Of a stretch of 64,000 nt of DNA, positions 18,265 to 26,557 are shown piece after piece. The notes under the pieces were generated by a model. That model saw only the letters and a list, made by a program, of their open reading frames with translations, searched no databases and was not told the DNA's origin. Position numbers and translations under genes: made by a program. This DNA comes from an uncultured Acidobacteriota bacterium (GTDB lineage: Bacteria > Acidobacteriota > Terriglobia > Terriglobales > Acidobacteriaceae): positions 469,167 to 533,166 of the forward strand of contig CAVWQE010000008.1 in NCBI GenBank assembly GCA_963757135.1, given 5' to 3'. Each line of letters starts with the position of its first letter. Position 1 is the first letter of the stretch.

Positions 18265-19532
18265 AGGCTGCGGCACAACTAGCGCTCGCTATTCTCTGCG
18301 CGGCAGGCATGTGGACATATGTTGACCGCGTGTTGGTGCAACACCAAAAGTCAGAAGCTCTTATCATTGGCAGCCCTCGCGGCAATCTCTCCGATCTCTA
18401 TCCCAGTTGGCTGGGCGCGCGTGATCTGTTGCTGCATCGCCGCGATCCCTACAGCACCGAAGTCACGCGCGAAATTCAGGCCGGATATTACGGACGCCCC
18501 ATCAACGCCTCGCGCGCTAAAGATCCAACCAACCAACAGGCGTTCGCGTATCCGGTGTATGTTGCCTTCCTGCTCGCACCGGTGGTGAAAATGCCTTTTA
18601 CCATCGTGAGGGTGATCTTTTTCTGGCTGCTTCTCGGGCTCACCGGGCTGAGCGTCGTCCTGTGGTTGCGCGTCTTGAAATGGCGGGTTTCGTGTATCGC
18701 GTTGGCCACGCTGATTGTTCTCACTTTAGGTACTTTCGCGGCGGTGCAGGGCATCAAGCTTCAGCAACTCAGTCTGCTAGTTGCTTTTCTCATCGCGGCG
18801 GCGGTCGCGCTACTGTGTTCAGGGCGATTGATTCTTGCTGGGATTCTGCTGGCTCTTGCCATGATCAAGCCCCAGCTCACGCTTCCACTCGCAGGATGGC
18901 TGATGCTGTGGGCGCTTTCAGACTGGCAGCGTCGCTGGAAACTGGCGGCGGCTTTCTTCGTGTTCTTCGCGGCTTTGGTCGGCGGTGGGGAGCTTCTGCT
19001 CCATGGATGGCTTCGCGAATTCTATTCCGCGGTGCTTGCTTATCGTCGTTATGCCGCCGGCGGAGCTTTGCTTGAGCAGATGCTCCCCCGCGCGATTGCC
19101 ATCCCTGCCGTCGCTGTGCTACTGGCGGCGGTTGCCGCTGGCTGCTGGTACGTGCGGCGATCTGAATCGCACGACGATCAATTCCTGTATATGACGTCGC
19201 TGGTGCTGGCGGTCACGCTGCTGATTCCACCGATGTATCCGCCGCACTATCAACTATTGCTGTTGCCGGGAGTGTTTCTGCTGGCGCGGGACGCGCAGCC
19301 GACAAAAATTGTATTCAGATTTTTATATGTGTTGTCAGCGGGGTTGATGGTTTGGTCGTGGCTGCTGGCAATCGGGTTGGCAGGTGCATCGTTTTTCACC
19401 ACGCGCGCGCAGCAGTTTTGGGCAGCACCTTTGTGGACGACGGTGCTGTTTCCGGTGCCGGTTATCGCGTGTTTGGGATGGATGGCATTTGAACGAGTGC
19501 CCCGTCTGTTGAGAGAGCGTGTCAGTGAGTGA
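18261..19532 (+). CDS. Polytopic membrane glycosyltransferase, GT87/DUF2029-like (paralogue)
   Basis: Same architecture as the upstream gene (FAYPVYVAFLLAP, IKPQLTLPL). GTGA start/stop overlap with it. Confidence 0.55.
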   Translation: MKAAAQLALAILCAAGMWTYVDRVLVQHQKSEALIIGSPRGNLSDLYPSWLGARDLLLHRRDPYSTEVTREIQAGYYGRPINASRAKDPTNQQAFAYPVYVAFLLAPVVKMPFTIVRVIFFWLLLGLTGLSVVLWLRVLKWRVSCIALATLIVLTLGTFAAVQGIKLQQLSLLVAFLIAAAVALLCSGRLILAGILLALAMIKPQLTLPLAGWLMLWALSDWQRRWKLAAAFFVFFAALVGGGELLLHGWLREFYSAVLAYRRYAAGGALLEQMLPRAIAIPAVAVLLAAVAAGCWYVRRSESHDDQFLYMTSLVLAVTLLIPPMYPPHYQLLLLPGVFLLARDAQPTKIVFRFLYVLSAGLMVWSWLLAIGLAGASFFTTRAQQFWAAPLWTTVLFPVPVIACLGWMAFERVPRLLRERVSE

Positions 19533-19550
19533 TTAACGTGATACCAAGAA

Positions 19551-20609
19551 CTAGTTGTGTCTGCTAGGGCGAGATACCTTCGTTTGGGTAACAAGAACGA
19601 TTCTCGCGCGCCGACTCCGAATGATGTCCATAGCTGCGATAACGTCTGACCAAGAAACTTGGTCATCCGCCTCGACGTACACCACCCAATCGGGCCGCAG
19701 TTTGAGTTGATTCGTCAATGCATTCCCTAACTCGTCCCACCCGATCACTTTCGAGTTCAAGTACAACGTCGCCGGCAGTCTGCGGCTAGGCTGTTCCAGA
19801 CGCACTACCGGGTGTGGAATGGAGGAAAGAGTGCGCCCAGGTAACGAACGCTCTTCTGCCACAGAAATTCTGATCCCTACGGAAGGCCGATCCCATCCCC
19901 ATGCATAGATGAAAATGAGAAAGGTTGGCACGAGAACGCTGCTCAACACGAGTCCATACGTCAGGCCAAACGGCGGCAAGAGTGGGAACAGTGTTTTTGG
20001 CGCTAGCTTTCGGAGATGATACCATCCGTGCCGTGTACCTTGGGAGATTGAAAATCCTTCGGTTGTTGCTGCTCTGGCCCTGATTTGGAAAATCAAAAAG
20101 GCAAACAAACCAAGTCCGGCGATGGTAACGATAAGCCCAATCTCCCGGAGCTCATTGTAGAGGTACAAACTCCTGCTTGAGTCAGTCCAAACTCCGATCC
20201 GAGGGTGTCCCTCGTTGAGGCAAGAAGGGTCGCTTATGATTTCGATACTGACTTTGTATCGCCCTTTTGTGTCAGCGTAAAAATGCCCTAGGTAGCGATC
20301 GACGCCTTCCGATGATTCGATTGCGTGCCCATTACGGTAAACAATCGAGCGTGAGCGTAGGGCCAGGTGGGAAAGACCGGACTGGCACCCCGAAAAATCG
20401 CTGTCAACCCAAAGACTGATGTGATACCACTGTTTGAGATTGACAGAAAAATCAGCAGTTCTGACTTGGCCACGGGAAAGGACCAGTGGCATCTCCAGGG
20501 CAACGAAAGTTCGGGTATTCAGCCAACGCAAGTAGCCCTGGGGTAGAACGATCCCGGCAAGAATGACAGCTGCCGAGAGATACGCGCTTTTCGGTAAGTG
20601 CAATCCCAT
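19551..20609 (-). CDS. Hypothetical membrane protein with an ExbD/TolR-like C-terminal domain
   Basis: Three hydrophobic segments. The C-terminus (LYLNSKVIGWDELGNALTNQLKLRPDWVVYVEADDQVSWSDVIAAMDIIRSRRARIVLVT) resembles the ExbD periplasmic domain. Confidence 0.45.
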   Translation of the reverse strand: MGLHLPKSAYLSAAVILAGIVLPQGYLRWLNTRTFVALEMPLVLSRGQVRTADFSVNLKQWYHISLWVDSDFSGCQSGLSHLALRSRSIVYRNGHAIESSEGVDRYLGHFYADTKGRYKVSIEIISDPSCLNEGHPRIGVWTDSSRSLYLYNELREIGLIVTIAGLGLFAFLIFQIRARAATTEGFSISQGTRHGWYHLRKLAPKTLFPLLPPFGLTYGLVLSSVLVPTFLIFIYAWGWDRPSVGIRISVAEERSLPGRTLSSIPHPVVRLEQPSRRLPATLYLNSKVIGWDELGNALTNQLKLRPDWVVYVEADDQVSWSDVIAAMDIIRSRRARIVLVTQTKVSRPSRHN

Positions 20610-20840
20610 ACCTTTACTTAGACACCGGACTACGGATGGGCATATAGATTACCGAGGTCATTCAATCTGATTGTCTTACAACATCGGGGCGCATTGTTTG
20701 CGATAAATCTCCAGAGCACTCATTGCCCCCGAACTCTCACGAGTTAACCGCGGCAGTATCTCATCTAACCCTTATCAGCCACTAGCCACTGACCAGCACA
20801 ACTGCTATTCTGCGCTCAACTCAGGTTTTCAGGACCATTC

Positions 20841-22523
20841 TTGCTCGTCGAACTGCGTCTCGAGAATTACGCCGTCATCGATCATCTCGCGGTCGAGTTC
20901 GCGGCTGGACTGAATCTTTTGACTGGCGAAACCGGCGCCGGAAAGTCCATTCTGATTGACGCGCTCAGCTTGCTGATGGGCGAGAAAGCGTCCGCCGACG
21001 TGGTTCGTTTCGGCGCCGAGCGCGCCGTCATTTCCGCCGTCTTTGAGGTCGAGGCTGGATCAGAGAAGAGGGTTGCGAGCATCCTGGAAGACAACGGCAT
21101 TGATGCGGACGAAGACAATCTGATTCTCCGCCGCGAAATCGCCACCAAAGGCCGCGTGTTTGTAAATAACCAGCCGGCCACTGTCGCCGTCCTTAAGCAG
21201 CTTGCTCCGCATCTCGCCAGTATTCACGCGCAGAACGAGTCGCTGGTGTCGTTCGACGGCGAGGTCCGGCTTGAACTGCTCGATGCTTTTGCCGGCTCGC
21301 AACTGGACAGCGTCAGCGCGGCGTTTGCCGAGTGGAAGAGAGTCAAGGACCGCATCGAGGAACTCGAGCACGGCGAACAGGACCGGTTGCGCCTGGTGGA
21401 TTTGTGGTCGTTCCAGAAACGCGAAATCGAAGACGCGAAGGTCCAGCCCGGAGAAGATGAGCGCCTCGAATCCGAAAAGCGTGTCCTCGCCAACGCCGAA
21501 AAAATCTATAACGCCGCCATGCAGGCGTTTGATCTGCTGTACGAAGGCGCTTCGTCCACATCGGCGACATTGCGTTCGGCTCAGAAGCATGTGGAAGAAC
21601 TGATTCGTTTCGAGCCAAAGTTTCAGGAGGCCTACGGCGCGCTCGATTCAGCGCGCATCAGCGTCGAAGACGTGGGTGTCACGTTACGTGACTACGCTGG
21701 GGGCATCGAAGCTTCGCCAGAGCATCTGGCAGAGGTTGAAGATCGCCTGGCGCTGCTGGATCGACTGAAGCGCAAATATGGTCCGGGCCTGGAAGATGTA
21801 TTGCGTCTCGGCGAGGAGGTCACGCGCAAGCTTTCTGAAGTCGAAAACAAAGACGAAATCCTGCGAGAATTGCGGGCCAGCCTCGCGGTGGCGGCGGAAC
21901 AGTTCTTACAGAAGGCGCGTGCGTTCTCGAAGAAACGTTACGAGGCAGCAAAGAAGCTTGAAAAGCTGGTCGAAGCCGAAATCAATGAACTGGCCATGAA
22001 GTCGCAATTCCGCATCGAAATCAGTGGCACGGATGAAGAGTGCAACTGGACTTCTGCCGGCTTCGATCAGGTCGAGTACATGATTTCAACCAATCCCGGC
22101 GAGCCGATGCATCCGCTCCAGCAGATCGCGTCCGGCGGCGAATTGTCGCGTGTAATGTTGGCGCTCAAGGCGAGCGTGGAATCGGCTTCGCGCAAGAAAG
22201 CGTCGGCGGGGCAGCGAACATTGATTTTTGACGAAATCGACACCGGGATCGGTGGCCGCGCTGCCGAGGCGGTCGGCAAGAAGCTGAAATCGCTGTCGCG
22301 CGCGAATCAGGTGCTCTGCGTGACACACCTGCCCCAGATCGCTACCTTCGCCGATCACCATTACCTGATCGAGAAGAAGCGCGCCGGCGAGCGCACACAA
22401 ACAACCGTGACGTCGATTTCGGGTAACGAACGTACCGAAGAGATTGCCCGCATGCTGAGCGGAGCCAAAGTAACCGAGACCTCTCTGAAACATGCCGAGC
22501 AGATGCTGAAGAGCAGCTCTTAG
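20841..22523 (+). CDS. recN: DNA repair protein RecN
   Basis: LRLENYAVIDHL...LTGETGAGKSILIDAL Walker A, a long coiled coil, and C-terminal SGGELSRVMLAL and LIFDEIDTGIGG. TTG start. Confidence 0.92.
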   Translation: MLVELRLENYAVIDHLAVEFAAGLNLLTGETGAGKSILIDALSLLMGEKASADVVRFGAERAVISAVFEVEAGSEKRVASILEDNGIDADEDNLILRREIATKGRVFVNNQPATVAVLKQLAPHLASIHAQNESLVSFDGEVRLELLDAFAGSQLDSVSAAFAEWKRVKDRIEELEHGEQDRLRLVDLWSFQKREIEDAKVQPGEDERLESEKRVLANAEKIYNAAMQAFDLLYEGASSTSATLRSAQKHVEELIRFEPKFQEAYGALDSARISVEDVGVTLRDYAGGIEASPEHLAEVEDRLALLDRLKRKYGPGLEDVLRLGEEVTRKLSEVENKDEILRELRASLAVAAEQFLQKARAFSKKRYEAAKKLEKLVEAEINELAMKSQFRIEISGTDEECNWTSAGFDQVEYMISTNPGEPMHPLQQIASGGELSRVMLALKASVESASRKKASAGQRTLIFDEIDTGIGGRAAEAVGKKLKSLSRANQVLCVTHLPQIATFADHHYLIEKKRAGERTQTTVTSISGNERTEEIARMLSGAKVTETSLKHAEQMLKSSS

Positions 22524-22597
22524 CTTCTAGCTCTTAGCTTGGACCACGAGCACGCAGAGCTAAGAGTTGAGAAATATCGCAACAGGCGAATTCAAGC

Positions 22598-23629
22598 ATG
22601 GCCGCGGATCAAATCATCGAAGTCGGCGGGCGCCAGCTCAAACTGACGAATCTCGACAAGATTCTTTATCCCGCGGCCAAGTTCACCAAAGGCCAAGTCA
22701 TTGATTATTACGCGCGCATTGCGCCGGTGCTGGTGCCGCATCTCAAAGGCAAACCGCTTACATTGAAACGCTATCCGGACGGCGTGGATGCTCAACCGTT
22801 CTTCGAAAAGAATGCCACCAAACATCGCCCTGACTGGGTGAAGACCGCTCCCATCTGGAGCGAGGGCAATAAGCGCGACGTCAATTACATTTTGTGCAAC
22901 GACCTGGCGACACTGGTGTGGGTGGCGAATCTTGCCGGCATCGAGCTGCACCCGTCGCTTTCGCTGGCCGAGGATATTGAAAGCCCGCGCAGCATGGTTT
23001 TCGATCTTGACCCCGGCCCGCCCGCCAACATCGTGCAATGCTGCCAGGTGGCGCTCTGGCTGCGCGAGATTTTTGAGCACTTCAAGCTCGAAAGCTTCCC
23101 CAAAACCTCCGGCTCAAAAGGGATGCAAATTTATGTGCCCTTGAATACGAAGACCAGTTACGACGAAACCAAGCCATTTGCGAATGCTCTGGCCCGTCTA
23201 CTGGAAAACGAACACCGGGACCTCGTGGTCTCGGATATGAAAAAGGCGATCCGGACCAACAAAGTATTCGTTGATTGGAGCCAGAACGACGAGCATAAAA
23301 CCACGATCAGCGTGTACTCGTTGCGCGCACGCGAGCGACCCACAGTTTCAACGCCAGTGACGTGGGATGAAGTCGATCGTGCAATGAAGAAGAGGGATGC
23401 GGGGCTGCTGGTGTTCGAAGCCGATGCCGTGGTGAAGCGTGTGGAGAAGATGGGCGACTTGTTTTCGCCGCTGCTCACGCTGAAACAGAAGTTGCCGAAA
23501 TTGGCCGGGATCGAAGACGCGTCATCCGCCGAAGTGGAGATTGCCGCCCAGGCGGAGAAGCCGCGTTCGGCCAAACGCAAGCCTTCCGCGCAAGTGAAGG
23601 GAAATCGGCGCGTGAGGCGCAAGGTATAA
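22598..23629 (+). CDS. Stand-alone LigD-type polymerase/primase domain (NHEJ PolDom) with a basic C-terminal tail
   Basis: LKLTNLDKILYP, LTLKRYPDGV..FFEKN, FDLDPGPPA, PKTSGSKGMQIYVPL, VFVDWSQNDEHKTTISVYSLRAR. The tail is KPRSAKRKPSAQVKGNRRVRRKV. Confidence 0.8.
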   Translation: MAADQIIEVGGRQLKLTNLDKILYPAAKFTKGQVIDYYARIAPVLVPHLKGKPLTLKRYPDGVDAQPFFEKNATKHRPDWVKTAPIWSEGNKRDVNYILCNDLATLVWVANLAGIELHPSLSLAEDIESPRSMVFDLDPGPPANIVQCCQVALWLREIFEHFKLESFPKTSGSKGMQIYVPLNTKTSYDETKPFANALARLLENEHRDLVVSDMKKAIRTNKVFVDWSQNDEHKTTISVYSLRARERPTVSTPVTWDEVDRAMKKRDAGLLVFEADAVVKRVEKMGDLFSPLLTLKQKLPKLAGIEDASSAEVEIAAQAEKPRSAKRKPSAQVKGNRRVRRKV

Positions 23630-23646
23630 TCCACTCGCAGATTTTT

Positions 23647-23676
23647 GCTGAATGCTGATTGCTGAGTGCTGATTCC
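23647..23676. repeat. GCTGATT-rich 30-nt repeat, with an inverted copy at 26526-26555
   Basis: gctgaatgctgattgctgaGTgctgattcc matches the reverse complement of 26526-26555 at 28 of 30 positions, including a 19-nt perfect core. Confidence 0.8.
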
Positions 23677-23678
23677 TC

Positions 23679-24398
23679 ATGCCCCAAGTCTTCGTCGGAA
23701 CCTCTGGATGGGCGTACCCAAGCTGGAAGCCGGGTTTCTATCCGGAGAAACTGGCGCAGACAAAGTTTCTCACTTATTACGCCAGCCAATTGAACACGGT
23801 TGAGGTCAACCTGACCTTCCGGCAACTGCTCAAAGACACCACCGCCCAAAAATGGATCACCCAGGCACCCGAACATTTCCGCTTCGGAATCAAAGCGCAT
23901 CAGGTCATAACGCACATCAAGCGACTGAAAGGCGCAGAAGAATTCGTGCAGCGCTTCTTCGGCACGATAGAACCGCTTGCGCAAGCCGGAAAACTTGGCC
24001 CGGTACTCTTCCAGTTGCCGCCAAATATGAAAGCCGACATCGCCGTGCTCGATGCTTTCCTGGGCACGCTTCCGCGCGGAGTGCAGATCGCCTTCGAATT
24101 TCGTCACGAGTCGTGGTTCGGCGATGACGTCTTTTCCTGCCTGAAGGCGCACAATCGCGCCCTGTGCATAGCTGAAACGGAAGAGCGAATCACGCCAGAC
24201 GTCACTACTGCCGATTTCGCCTACTATCGCTATCGCAAGCCGGAGTACACCGCCGAAGAGCGTGCCGCCATGCTTCACAGAATGCGTGACCACCTCTCTG
24301 CCGGCCGCGATGTCTTCGCCTATTTCAAGCATGAAGAAACTCCACAGGGAGCGATCTATGCGGTGGATGTGCTGAAGCAGGCGATTGGCCAGGTCTGA
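23679..24398 (+). CDS. DUF72 (YecE-like) family protein
   Basis: GTSGWAYPSWKPGFYP, YYASQLNTVEVNLTF, VLFQLPPN and FEFRHESWF are hallmark DUF72 motifs. Confidence 0.8.
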   Translation: MPQVFVGTSGWAYPSWKPGFYPEKLAQTKFLTYYASQLNTVEVNLTFRQLLKDTTAQKWITQAPEHFRFGIKAHQVITHIKRLKGAEEFVQRFFGTIEPLAQAGKLGPVLFQLPPNMKADIAVLDAFLGTLPRGVQIAFEFRHESWFGDDVFSCLKAHNRALCIAETEERITPDVTTADFAYYRYRKPEYTAEERAAMLHRMRDHLSAGRDVFAYFKHEETPQGAIYAVDVLKQAIGQV

Positions 24399-24496
24399 TG
24401 TTGCATAACCCACCCTTTCTCGCAAATGACGCGAGACAAGGGTGGGCAACCCTGTGATTACTTTTCGCAGCGTCCGATAACGGGCATACTCAGCTT

Positions 24497-25429
24497 GTGC
24501 CTTCGGAAGTCAACGCACGTCTGGTGTCTTCTTTTCTCGATTACCTAAAGGTCGAGAAGGGACTCGCCACACTCACCGTCTCTGCTTACACACGCGACAT
24601 CGGCCAGTTTGCCGGATTTCTGGAATCGCACAAGCGCACTTTGCTGAACGCGCGTCGAGACGACGTTCGCGGATTCATTCAGCAATTATTTTCTAACTCG
24701 GTTGATGGGCGGTCGGTCGCGCGCAAGCTTTCAGCGCTGCGGCATCTTTATCGTTTCCTGCTGCTCGACAAACGCATTGAGCGCGATCCCACGCTGAATA
24801 TTCCGCTACCAAAGCAGTGGAAGGTGCTGCCGAAATCGTTGGGACGCGATGAAATCGATCAGATGCTCGTAAGTGGAGCGACGAACGTCGATTCTTCCGG
24901 GATCGGTAAAGAGAGCGCTGCGCTCTCTTTACGCAACCGAGCTATGCTCGAAGTCTTTTATGCCGGAGCCCTGCGAGTTTCAGAAGTCATCGCGCTCAAG
25001 ATCGAAGACGTCAAGCTCGACATGGGATACGTGCTGGTGCGCGGCAAAGGCGACAAAGAACGAATCGTTCCGGTGGGACGCTCGGCGCAGGACACGCTCT
25101 CGACTTATTTGCGTGATGCTCGCCCAGCGCTGGCAGCAGGGAAGAGTTCGCCACTTCTGTTCATCTCACGAGGGGCAAAAAGACTAACACGCCAGCGGGT
25201 GTGGCAGATGGTCAGCGCGGCTTCAGTCAGTTCCGGACGGCACGCCAGTCCACACATGCTGCGTCATAGTTGCGCAACACACATGGTCGAAAACGGGGCC
25301 GACTTGCGCACCGTGCAAACGATCCTCGGTCACGCCGATATCTCGACTACGCAGATTTATACCCACGTCGCGCTCGACAGATTGAAGAGCGTTTATGCGA
25401 AGCATCATCCGCGGGCGAAGGCGAGATGA
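24497..25429 (+). CDS. xerD: Tyrosine recombinase, XerD-like
   Basis: SAM-like N-terminal domain (FLDYLKVEKGLATLTVSAYTRDI). Catalytic R..HxxR..Y residues (LRVSE, HMLRHSCATHM, LGHADISTTQIYTHV). Confidence 0.7.
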   Translation: MPSEVNARLVSSFLDYLKVEKGLATLTVSAYTRDIGQFAGFLESHKRTLLNARRDDVRGFIQQLFSNSVDGRSVARKLSALRHLYRFLLLDKRIERDPTLNIPLPKQWKVLPKSLGRDEIDQMLVSGATNVDSSGIGKESAALSLRNRAMLEVFYAGALRVSEVIALKIEDVKLDMGYVLVRGKGDKERIVPVGRSAQDTLSTYLRDARPALAAGKSSPLLFISRGAKRLTRQRVWQMVSAASVSSGRHASPHMLRHSCATHMVENGADLRTVQTILGHADISTTQIYTHVALDRLKSVYAKHHPRAKAR

Positions 25430-25433
25430 AAGC

Positions 25434-25520
25434 TTTTCACCACGGAGACACGGAGGCACAGAGGAAGTCAACTTCTGCTCCACGGATCAACACAGATGAA
25501 CGCAGATGGGAACTTCTTAT
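25434..25520. repeat. REP-like intergenic repeat block
   Basis: Contains tccacggatcaacacagatgaacgcagat. This closely matches the arms of the 54720-54861 element (tccacggataaacacggatgacgcggat), and a small palindrome gaagt-ca-acttc is also present. Confidence 0.6.
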
Positions 25521-25631
25521 GTAGTCGAACGCTTGTAACGGGCTGGCAGTAGCCGTGTACGCTGGAATTCAAAGAGCGTCAGCCCTGGGTCGACGAAGTA
25601 AGGCGATGGGAATCTATAGGGACGGCACAGA

Positions 25632-26522
25632 ATGAATGTCCACAGCGCAACGACAAAATTCCTGCAGTCTCTTCGTGAGCGCAACGCTTCGGCGCACACC
25701 ATCAAGGCCTACAAACAGGACCTTGAAGGCTTTTCAGCTTACGTCGGCTCGCGTACCTGGCGCGAAATAGACCACGTCACCATTCGCGGATTCCTATCGA
25801 ACTTATATGAAAAGGGACTCAGCAAGACTTCGGTCGCGCGGTCGCTGGCTGCTGTTCGTTCCCTCTACCGCTGGCTAGCGCAGGAAGGAGTTGTCGAGCA
25901 AAATCCGGCGGCGCTGGTTTCTACGCCGAAGCTGCCCAAGAAACTTCCCCGCGTGCCGACCATGGAAGAGATGAATTCCGTTCTCGACGGCGAAATGCCT
26001 GAGATAGCAGCCTTTCCCGAGCGCGACCGCCTGATGCTTGAACTGCTCTACGGATGCGGCATTCGCAACTCGGAACTCGTGGGCATCAACCGCGATGACA
26101 TTCGCCCGGCTTCTGAGGCGCTGCTTATTCGCGGTAAAGGAAAGAAGGAACGTTACGTTCCCTTTGGCGACGCGGTCACGTCCGCGCTCGCGGCCTATCT
26201 GCCGGCTCGTCAAGGGATTCTTTCGCAATCACGCAGGAACACGCCCGCGCTCCTGATTAACACTCGCGGGGGGCGCCTCACGACGCGGAGCGTCGGGCGG
26301 ATCATCAAAAAAATTGCTGTCGCAAAAGGCTTGTCGCCGGACGTTCACCCGCACACGCTGCGCCACGCCTTCGGCACCCACATGCTGGAAGAAGGCGCCG
26401 ACTTGCGTGCAATCCAGGAGATGCTGGGTCACGAGCGGCTCTCGACTACGCAGCGTTATACCCAACTCTCGATGAAACATCTGCTGAGCGTGTACGACCA
26501 AACGCATCCGCGCGCGAAGTGA
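25632..26522 (+). CDS. xerC: Tyrosine recombinase, XerC-like
   Basis: [55 protein letters not shown]. Assigning XerC versus XerD between the two genes is tentative. Confidence 0.65.
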   Translation: MNVHSATTKFLQSLRERNASAHTIKAYKQDLEGFSAYVGSRTWREIDHVTIRGFLSNLYEKGLSKTSVARSLAAVRSLYRWLAQEGVVEQNPAALVSTPKLPKKLPRVPTMEEMNSVLDGEMPEIAAFPERDRLMLELLYGCGIRNSELVGINRDDIRPASEALLIRGKGKKERYVPFGDAVTSALAAYLPARQGILSQSRRNTPALLINTRGGRLTTRSVGRIIKKIAVAKGLSPDVHPHTLRHAFGTHMLEEGADLRAIQEMLGHERLSTTQRYTQLSMKHLLSVYDQTHPRAK

Positions 26523-26525
26523 GCT

Positions 26526-26555
26526 GGAATCAGCTGTCAGCAATCAGCATTCAGC
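26526..26555. repeat. Inverted copy of the 23647-23676 repeat
   Basis: ggaatcagcTGtcagcaatcagcattcagc is the reverse complement of the upstream copy (28/30). Confidence 0.8.
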
Positions 26556-26557
26556 TA

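Noticed and set aside
22529-22568. Hairpin after recN (ctcttagct ... agctaagag) considered as an intrinsic terminator
   Set aside because: The stem is AT-rich with an 18-nt loop, and no T-tract follows it. The downstream LigD-pol gene may be co-transcribed with recN.
22592-23080. 162-aa minus-strand ORF over the LigD polymerase domain gene
   Set aside because: It is antisense to a clearly conserved PolDom and has no motifs of its own.
23647-23676. Short tandem GCTGA(A/G)TGCTGATT repeats, considered as a CRISPR or tandem array
   Set aside because: Only two adjacent units are present, with no spacers. It is a low-complexity intergenic repeat, so it is reported as a repeat and not as a CRISPR.
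23475-24449. 324-aa minus-strand ORF covering the DUF72 gene
   Set aside because: It is antisense to an ORF with unmistakable DUF72 motifs (GTSGWAYPSW, FEFRHESWF). It has no recognisable motifs of its own. Long shadow ORFs are expected on the opposite strand of GC-rich genes.
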